Shown: positions 13,830 to 22,188 of the stretch, in pieces | Layout: each line of letters begins with the position of its first letter | Numbering within the stretch: position 1 is the stretch's first letter | Assembly: GCA_973895155.1 (NCBI GenBank) | Contig: OZ316892.1 | Coordinates: 8,796,148 to 8,860,147, forward strand | DNA length: 64,000 nt | Direction: 5' to 3' | Origin: Marsupella aquatica | Lineage: Eukaryota > Plantae > Marchantiophyta | Notes under the pieces: generated by a model | The model's input: only the letters and a program-made list of their open reading frames with translations | Database searches by the model: none | Told to the model about the DNA's origin: nothing | Program-made: the position numbers and the translations under genes

Positions 13830-14780
13830 GATGGCCTTACATTGCTTGAGCTTTTTGGTGGCATTTCTACAGGCCTGGAAGCTCTCCTAAAGTCTGGCAT
13901 GGTGGTGAAGCAGTACATCTATGTGGATATTGATCCAGGTGCAAGGCAAGTGGCTGAATCCCGTCTGCTGGAAGTTTCAGAGCGATTTCCCCAGCAGTTT
14001 CCACATAGTGCATGGACGTCTGCATTTTCTTTCTTTCCTCTAGATATCCAGCTTGTCCAGCACCGGCACTTAACCCTTCTTAGCTCCCTTGATTTGATCA
14101 TAGCTGGTTGGGAATGCCAAGGGTTTTCAGCTGCTGGTCACGGTGCTGGACTGCATGATTCTCGTTCTGGCCTTTTCACAGCATTGGTTTAGATTCTCAC
14201 CTGGGCTCAATCCCTTTATCCTGCTGTTGGTTATATCATTGAGAATACTCCATCTCAGTTTGACCAGCGTCCACAGGTCAAAGAGGATTTCAGTGTGGTC
14301 CAGCACTACTTGGGACCACCCCTTCTCATTGATGCAGTGCACTGTGGTTCTTATGCACATCGTCTTCGTAACTTTTGGACTAACCTTGCACCACCTTCCT
14401 TGCTGGAGATGGCTCTTCACCACACATCCAGGGACACTAACCTCACAGTGGACCAGATTTTGGATCCTGACAATTCTTGCCAACCAGTTACACGGCAAGA
14501 GCCAGCACCTTGGTATCCAGCCAATACCATTGGACAACCCCGTGCTGCTTGGCCTACATTTGTGTCCTTTCCAGGTGCACATGCTTTTCAGGGTGATGGT
14601 CCTGGTCTGGTTTATCGACATTCTACCGGTACATGGGATGAACCTAGTCCTGAGGAGAGAGAACGGGCTATGGGCTTCCAACCCGGTACTACAGGTCACA
14701 CCAAAATCACTAGGCTGGCCAGGAATGCTTTACTTGGCAGGGTAATGGATCTCAATGCTCTCACTTGGCTTCTGGTCACT
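13830..14780 (+). pseudogene. C5 cytosine DNA methyltransferase domain within the Pol polyprotein (one in-frame TAG at 14190)
   Basis: Motifs in canonical order: I LELFGGISTG; II YVDID; III LDI; IV IIAGWECQGFSAAG (Cys 14115); V DSRSGLF; VI YIIENTP (14241, read through the stop); VIII AHRLRNFWTN; IX ERERAMGF; X LLGRVMD. Confidence 0.88.
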
Positions 14781-15149
14781 TGCATCCTTTTTCAGATGTA
14801 CATTCCTCCAGCATTAGGAGCTCCAGCCCTACCACTCCACAGTGCTACTGCATGGCATCCAGACCAGGTGCACTTACCTCTGTCCAACACTCACCACTTC
14901 AGTCCAAGTGTTGGGGGGGAGGAGGTCCCTTGTAATGCGGCTGACATTATTTCTGAGTTTCATGGTGTGGACCACTTCAGATCAGTAGGTACAACAGGCC
15001 TTGGAGAGGCCTCATCACCTTATCAGCAGCATGCTAGCAGCTTGGACAGTGGAGAGGCTGGCACTTCTGGCTCTTCAAGCACGAGTACATCAGGTCCTAT
15101 TCCTAGTGTTGCCAACTACACATTTATCATGGGCAACCACCTGAGTAAA

Positions 15150-16480
15150 AGACAGAAGGACCAGCTGCTGAATTTGCTCCTCAAGCATGAGAATGTGTTT
15201 GCTTTCTCTATGAAGGACTTGGGTAAGTGCAAGACTATGCAGTTCTCCATTGAGTTGGCTGATGAAACACCTATCTTCAGGCGGAGACACCGTTTGAGTA
15301 AGCATGAGTGGCAGCTGGTGGATGAGAGGTGCCAAGAGCTCTATGAAGCTGGTCTTATTCAGCCATCTACATCAGATTTTGCAGCAGCTACAGTGATGCC
15401 AGCAAAGAAGGATTCCAGTGGATTGTGGACAGAGAAGCGCATGTGTGGGGACTACAGGCCATTGAACCTGGTCACACCCCAGGACAGGTACCCCATGCCG
15501 CGGCCAGAGGAGCTATTTGACAGTATTGGAGACTCAGACATCTTCACTCTTGTGGATCTAAGGCAAGGCTTCAACCAGATTTTGTTGCTTGCAAAGGATC
15601 GCAAGAAAACAGCTTTCCATGGTAGTAACCAACTATGGGAGTGGTTGGTGATGCCATTTGGCTTGAAGAATGCGCCCATATTCTTTCAAAGAGTCATGGA
15701 CCAGGTTCTTCAAGGTGCTGAGTTTCTGAAATGCTACATTGATGATGTGTTGGTCCACAGCAAAGGATTTGACCAGCATCTACTTGACCTTGAGGAGCTA
15801 TTCATGAGGCTTAAGAAGGTGAACCTAAAGATACACCCCAAGAAGTGTGAATTTGCTGTTAGATCAGTAGTATATCTTGGGCATCGCATTCTTCCAAATG
15901 GAACCATGGCTCACTGGGCCAAGGTGGTATCCATCTTCGAAATGCCCACTCCTACCAATGTTCACACTTTGAGGAGTTTTATTGGGTTGTGCAATTACTA
16001 CCGGATCTACATCAAAGATTTCAGTACCATTGCACACCCATTGTATGCTTTGTTGAAAAAGAATGTGACTTGGACATGGAGTACAGATGCTGAGGCAGCA
16101 TTTGCACACAGATTGGAGTGCCCTTGGGATTGGTGCCATTTTGGGCCAGCATGATGAGGAAGGTAAAGAGTACGTCATTGCCTATGCATCCAGGAGCAAC
16201 AATCAGGCAGAGAGTCATTATTCTTCTTATGAGGGTGAATGCCTTGCTGTTGTGTGGGCTGTCATACATTACAGGCCCTACCTCTATGGGACCAGGTTTG
16301 TTCTCTACACCGACCACCAGCCCTTGAAGTGGTTGATGACCAACGACAAGCTTACTGGCAAGCTTGCTCGTTGGGCGCTCATACTCAGGAGTATGATTTT
16401 GAGGTAATTCATAGGCCTGGTGTGACACATCAAAATGCTGACACTATGTCCCGCAGCCCTTTGATTGCCTCTGATGATTC
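15150..16480 (+). pseudogene. Gypsy reverse transcriptase + RNase H (deletion near 16105, frameshift near 16387)
   Basis: KRMCGDYRPLN, DLRQGFNQI, VMPFGLKNAP, YIDD (15735-15746), YLGH; RNase H HTDWS..GIGAIL, YEGECLAVVWA, YTDHQPL, NADTMSR. Confidence 0.95.
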
Positions 16481-16550
16481 TTCAGATGCATGGCAGGATT
16501 TTGACTAGGTTTCCATCCTGCCTACATTTCATGCATCTACCTATCTTGCT

Positions 16551-17830
16551 TTGCTGCCATGCTACGTTGTTGACCAACCTGTGGTAGACATATGGGAGGA
16601 CAACAACACTCTGAGATTTTTGCAGCATGGGGAGTACCCCATACATGTTATTGCTGCCCAAAGAGACCGAATTCAGCAAAGGTCCAAGCGTTACTTGTGG
16701 AAGGGAGATCATCTCGTGCGCTGCTTGCCAGACAGGGAAGTGGTGGTTCCACCCATTCATGAGAGGGTTGGCCTGATCCGTAAGGTACATTCTGAGCTTG
16801 GTCATTTTGGCGTTAAGAGGACTTACAGCCTCTTGGTCCCTCATTATCATTGGAGAGGCATGCATGGCCAGGTTCGAGATGTTATTGCCCGGTGTGAACA
16901 GTGTGATAGGGTGAGGACTTCTTTCACATCTCGGCAACCCACACTTCATCCACTCCCTATTCAGGGCATGTTTTATCGCTGGTCATGTGATTTGGCTGGA
17001 GAATTACCCCTCACGTCTCGGGGTAATCTCTACATCATGATCATGATAGAGCATTTCTCCAAGTGGATAGAACTTGTGGCATTGCCAGATAAGACCTCCC
17101 GTAGCACCAGCCAAGCATTCCTGCAACAAGTTCTCAGCCGCTTTGGAGCTTGTGCAGAATGTCTCACTGACCAGGGCTCAGAGTTTAGAGGAGAGTTCCA
17201 GGAGCTGCTTGATCAGGCCCTCATTGATCATCGCCGGACATCATGAGATCACCCACAGGCAGATGGCTTGGCAGAGCGCATGGTTCAGACATGCAAGAAG
17301 GGCCTCCGGAAGATCTGCCTCACCAAAAACAAGGAGGATTGGGACCTGGCCTTACCCTACATTGCCATGGGGTATAGGATGTCCAGACATGCATCACTGT
17401 CTAACTTTTCTCCCTACTTGTTGTTTGGTCGTCACCCAATTCCACCTTCTGCTATTGCTGCTCACATGTTTCAGGTGGTGGACTTGGATTCAGTTGTGAC
17501 TTGGTTTGATGTGATCTTTGAGAGGGCTGCCCTATTCAGGAGGGTTATGCCCATGGCCATGGAGAATTTGGCCATTGCACAGCACAGGGACACACTGCGT
17601 TATGCACACACACGAGGGGGCACTTTTCAGCCCAAGGTCAGGAAGTTTGATGTGGGAGATTTTGTGTACTTGCAGCGGCAAGCTAACGACACCCTGGACA
17701 CCTCTACCAGTCGTACTATTCTCAGGGTTAAAGCTATTTGACCGTTTGGAGTGCTAGAGTTACAAGGGGCAGATGGGCGCACAATTGCTGACAATGCCAA
17801 GAATTGCGCCCCTTGTCATCTGCCTAACCT
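16551..17830 (+). pseudogene. DDE integrase (in-frame stops at 17244 and 17739)
   Basis: HHCC zinc motif HSELGHFG...CEQC; catalytic residues in WSCDLAG, LTDQGSEF and GLAERMV. Confidence 0.92.
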
Positions 17831-17879
17831 AGATCCCACCATTGTGACTTCTACTTGGATTCCACCTGTGGACTACCCT

Positions 17880-18032
17880 TGCAAGGTGTGTTTGCGAATT
17901 GATGATGCTGACCAGATGCTGCTGTGTGACAATTGCAATGGAGGGTACCATCTTTTTTGCCTTTGGCCTGAACTTACCCAGGTGCCAGAAGGGTTATGGT
18001 TTTGCCCTTCTTGTGCTCCACGTGCTACCTGA
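17880..18032 (+). other. PHD finger at the integrase C-terminus
   Basis: C4HC3 pattern CKVC...LLCDNCNGGYHLFCL...WFCPSC, same reading frame as the integrase, followed by the terminal stop. Confidence 0.9.
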
Positions 18033-18071
18033 ATTTTCTTCAGCCCTCCTTTTGGCTGTGGTCTGGGGGGG

Positions 18072-18247
18072 ATACAGAGGTTTACACCTCCACTACGTAC
18101 ATACCACTTCATTTGCTTTTTCTTGGCACTTATGAATGTGATTGGACTTTTTCTATGCATGTTGGTTGCTAGCAGCTTGCACATATGCCTTGTCGGTGAC
18201 TTGTATGTTTTCGATACACTATGGCTACGACACTATATGTCATGACA
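18072..18247 (+). repeat. Direct repeat B1 (176 bp), preceded by a G7 PPT-like tract (18065-18071)
   Basis: Matches 18608-18783 with about 4 transitions; ends in CA. Confidence 0.95.
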
Positions 18248-18249
18248 GC

Positions 18250-18607
18250 TGTCATGCCGAGGGACAGTGCCTCTTATGCACATCGACATGTCCCTCGCCT
18301 GCCCGCTAGGTATGTAGTTAGGGCTAGTGTACTACCTGAGTTAGCGACATGTTCTTGTAGCAAGTCTGGGCCGTTGTTGAAGCAAATGTGCTTGTTAGTG
18401 TGACGCCAGGACTTTGCTTGCTTAGGGCATGTCTTTCTTTGTGGGTTTTCAGTTCTTCTTGAATCACTGTTGACAGAGCTCAGACAGTGCTCGTCGGTTC
18501 CGTACACGGGATTCACACAGTGATTCGTTAGATGCTCCCGGCTGATCTTGGCATCCCGCCGGTTTTTGATTCGATTTCAGTACGATTGTTTCTCTTACGC
18601 CTTTTAT
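18250..18607 (+). repeat. Direct repeat A2 (358 bp)
   Basis: Copy of 9092-9449; begins TG. Confidence 0.95.
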
Positions 18608-18783
18608 ATACAGAGGTTTACACCTCCACTACGTACATACCACTTCATTTGCTTTTTCTTGGCACTTGTGAATGTGATTGGACTTTTTCTATGCATGTTG
18701 GTTGCTAGCAGCTTGCACATATGCCTTGCCGGTGACTTGTATGTTTTCGATACACTATGGCTACGATACTATATGTCACGACA
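18608..18783 (+). repeat. Direct repeat B2 (176 bp)
   Basis: Copy of 18072-18247; ends CA, followed by TSD GTAA. Confidence 0.95.
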
Positions 18784-20116
18784 GTAACCCGTAGCCCTTT
18801 ATAGGGGCAGGTGTGGTTTGATCAGCTTTGGAGCATTCTTGTATCCGATTGGTGGTTGTCTTTCTTCTTCACCTCTGGCAGGGTGGCTTTTTGCCAAGTT
18901 TCGTGGACCAGATTGCATTCCACCATCTTTGGGAGCTGAAGCAGCATGCTCAAATCAGCAGGCGGTTTTTACTCGCACCAAATCCTCCACGGCCACATCA
19001 ACAAGTGCTTCAGCTTTGTCCCCTACTGTGCCTGCACGGGCTCAACAGTTTCCTAGGCTCGCGGTGGCGCCGTTTCTCGGATTGATGCGGTGGGCTCTCT
19101 CCATAGCCTTCCCTTTCTTTTCACATGTCTTGGTTGGGCCTTTTGTTACTTCTTGATGCGCTTTTGCTTTTAGTGGGTTGCGGCCTGTCATGTCTACGTT
19201 GAGAGTGTTGGCGCGGGGCAAACGCCAAGCCTCACCACACACTTCTCCCCCCTCCTCCCCCCCGCCTTGTGGTCGCCTTCGTGTTTGCTCTTCTTCACTG
19301 GATCTCTCTCATCTTCGTGATGACCCCATGCCCGATGCTCTACTAGTCCCCCCAGTCTACTGCCCATCCCATCGTCGCCCGGGCTCCTCTCCCCACCCCC
19401 CAGCATCATCCTCCGGCCTCATCATCCACGTCTGTTCCACCCCCACCTCCTGTCCAGTCTTTCCCAGCTCCCTCCCCAGACGAGCGTCCCCTACATACTT
19501 GCCCTGATTGTGGATGGGTTGGCATCTCCCTCCCTCATCATCGCGGGCGGGGCCGGTGCCAACGTCGCCAACACGCACAATCCGAGCCTCAGCCCCCTCT
19601 TGACCCTGTTAGCTTTGCCCTCCCTTCTTGAAGGGCTTCTGAGCAGGCATGGAGTTGGGTTCGCACTCTAGACCCCCTTCCAGCCTACCATCCAGGGTAC
19701 ATTAGATCTCGCCTCTATAACCACATCCCACTAGCGTTGCGCCCTTTAGTTTGGTCATCCTTGTTGTAACTCTTGCAACTTATCTTGGTGCACTATAGAG
19801 GTCTCTTATTGGTCTTTACTCATGCTTTTCCGCAGTGGACTCTTACCCTCCCTTGTCATGGTGGTTGCGTGGGTCACCATGAGACTGCCTTTCGTATCCA
19901 TCGTTTTCTGTAGGGAGATTGGGAACAGCTCCAGGAAGAGTACTTTCTTAGAGCCCGTTCCTTTACCGCCCGAGCTTTGTCTGACCCAACTTGCCACTCT
20001 TGTTAGATATTGCTCTAGTCTTGTGACTCATGAGCTAACTATAGTTAGGCTAACTCAGGTTAGGACTTAGCTAATGTTAGCGGTAGTGCTGTTGTGTATA
20101 TAGCCAAGGCTGATGC

Positions 20117-20448
20117 TGTTGAACTAAGACGTCATTCGCAACGACCATACAACCATGACTCATTCCATGCACACGTAGTCGACACAATCTCTACGTGGTT
20201 CACCTCTTCTCCAAGGCTACGTCCACACGAACACTCAAGCTTTACTTCAAGAGTAGACGAACACACATGCTCTCTCTCTTCCTCCTATTGTTCTGTTACA
20301 ATGAGTAAGCACCACCCACCAGCGGCTTACACTAGCCCTGGTATATACAAGGTCACACACGACTAATCTAACCTCAGCTAAGATCCTAACTGTGGTTAGC
20401 CTAAGTGCCGTAACCTATGAGTCACAAGACTAAGAGCAATCCTTAACA
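20117..20448 (-). mobile_element. Solo LTR of a related Copia family inserted in reverse orientation into the 5' LTR
   Basis: TG...CA ends and TSD GATGC at 20112-20116 and 20449-20453. Absent from the 3' LTR (681 vs 344 bp = 332+5). Its reverse complement aligns with the host LTR. Confidence 0.9.
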
Positions 20449-22188
20449 GATGCCAGACCCTGGTGGAACTTAGGCTCATTGTTACAGAGCTAGTTGAGAG
20501 ATAGGGAGAGCTTGTGCTGTGGATGCTTGGTATGGCCGGTCGGTCTAGAGTGCAGTAAAGCTCTTGTGTGTTCCCGTGGACGTAGCCTCATGTGGAGGTG
20601 AACCACGTATCTTTCTGTGTCGACTATTGCGCGTTGGATGGTTCATGGGCTTGCCGTTGCGAATGTCGTCTATGCTCAACATGTGGTATCAGAGCATGCC
20701 TGGGAGGTGACGAGCTTTTTTCGTGACAGGTTTTTCCAACGTTCATTGTCGATGGTAATTCAGAGTTTCGTCGCATGAAACTTGATTGTGTGTGGCTGAG
20801 CGGATAGGTTAGTGAGAGGGCATTCTAACTGTGGTTAGAGCTCGCTGATGGTATTCGTGGTGCGGAGGAATTGAAGTTTGCGTCGTTCAGGGTTTATTCA
20901 TGTTTGACGGTATTTTGGGGGAGAAACCAGAGATCATTTCTTCAACGGTGTGAGCTGTGCGGTGTGCGGGGCGTCGCATGTGATAGTTCAAGTTGAAGGT
21001 TGGAGCGTGCTGGTCATTTTGGTATCTAGTTTGCTGACGTTTGCGAAACGAGTGTGTCGTGACGAGTGAAGGAGGCGTTCTGGTTTTTTGACAAGCTATG
21101 GTGCTTGTTTTTCCCTGAACCGGATTACTCGTCGTAACGCTTGACTCGGAGGAAGAAACGCGAAGTGCTGAGGCTCAACGGAGAGATCGTGGCGAGACGG
21201 TCGTTTTGAGTCCGGGATTGGCACTTGGCGCGGAGTGAAGGCGACGCAACAGAAGTTCTTTCTCTGGTGGAGCTTCAAACATGCCGGTGCAATTCGGAAA
21301 CATTTTCATGTCGGCGGTCATCACTTTTCTCATTGGAAACCAAAGCGGAGGTGGCTTAGGTTTGTAACACGGCCTTTGTGTCATTTTGGGCACATTTTTA
21401 AAGTTAGTTTAGGGCATTTTTTGCCCCAATACGGCCCCAATACCCAACAAACCAGGTTCGCCATACGCCCCGGCGCGCACACCGGCCTCCCACACCCCTT
21501 TAAGCGCGAAAACGTGCTTTTTTGGGCCCAAATACGGCCAAAAACGCCCATATACGGCCCAAAAACGCGAGAATATGCGCGTTTTGACCCCTTTAAACCC
21601 GTTTTTTCACGTTTTTTGCTGTTTATACGCGATTCTGGCCGCAAATACGTGCGCCTTTGCCAGGGGCTTTAAGACCCCTTTAGAGTGTTTTTTTTCAATT
21701 TTTTTTCTGTCCTCCTCCTCATTGGTTGTGCCTCATCCCGGGCCCTATGACCCTCCGTTTTAACCGCTCCAACAGGGGGAACGGCCCCCTGTGAGCCCTG
21801 GTGGACTGTGCGGGAATATTCCCAAAAAAACAGAGAGCTGTTTTTCGGCCGTCACACAAAGATTCCGTCCGCCGCACAGTAACTTTTTTGGTTCTTTTTT
21901 GGTGAGGACGTTGCCACTGGAGTTAGCAACGCGGCGCACCGATCACATCGCGATTCTGACAACAGGTTGTACTTGGTATTTCGGTTATTCTCCGAGGTGG
22001 TCAAAACGGGGGAGTTTCCCAAGGTTTTACCCACCCCGACCGAAATTTGAATAACTTTTCCGTCGAATTTCGATTTTGATTTCGGATTTCAGTATTGGAC
22101 TCCTAGCTTCGTGGGCTTCGCGGCGGTGTTGAGTTTTGAGTTTTATGAGAAGTTTCAAAAAAAGACGTTTTTTTCGTGATTGTTTCAT

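Larger units (their letters stand above)
9092..18783 (+). mobile_element. Ty3/Gypsy-type retrotransposon encoding a C5 DNA methyltransferase and PHD finger, with split (A...B-A-B) direct repeats
   Basis: TG...CA termini (TGTCATG / CACGACA). TSD GTAA at 9088-9091 and 18784-18787. Domain order gag-PR-MTase-RT-RH-INT-PHD (RT-RH before INT, the Gypsy order). Confidence 0.92.
8915..18818. mobile_element. Small putative TIR/MITE-like element (~0.2 kb when empty) interrupted by the Gypsy-MTase retrotransposon
   Basis: AACCACACCTGCCattataaaag (8915-8937) is an imperfect inverted repeat of ccttTATAggGGCAGGTGTGGTT (18796-18818), with 13 bp identical. Internal repeat CACCTTTTGTGGAG occurs twice. No TSD identified. 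Confidence 0.45.

Noticed and set aside
13797-14780. Bacterial restriction-modification contamination or a host DRM/CMT gene
   Set aside because: The domain is in frame with retroviral protease and RT inside a TSD-bounded element, and it has no introns or host accessory domains.
9092-18783. DIRS/Ngaro/PAT tyrosine-recombinase element, suggested by the split direct repeats and a methyltransferase
   Set aside because: No tyrosine recombinase motif is seen. The element has a protease, an HHCC/DDE integrase, TG..CA ends and a TSD, and its MTase has C5 motifs rather than the adenine-type motifs of DIRS elements.
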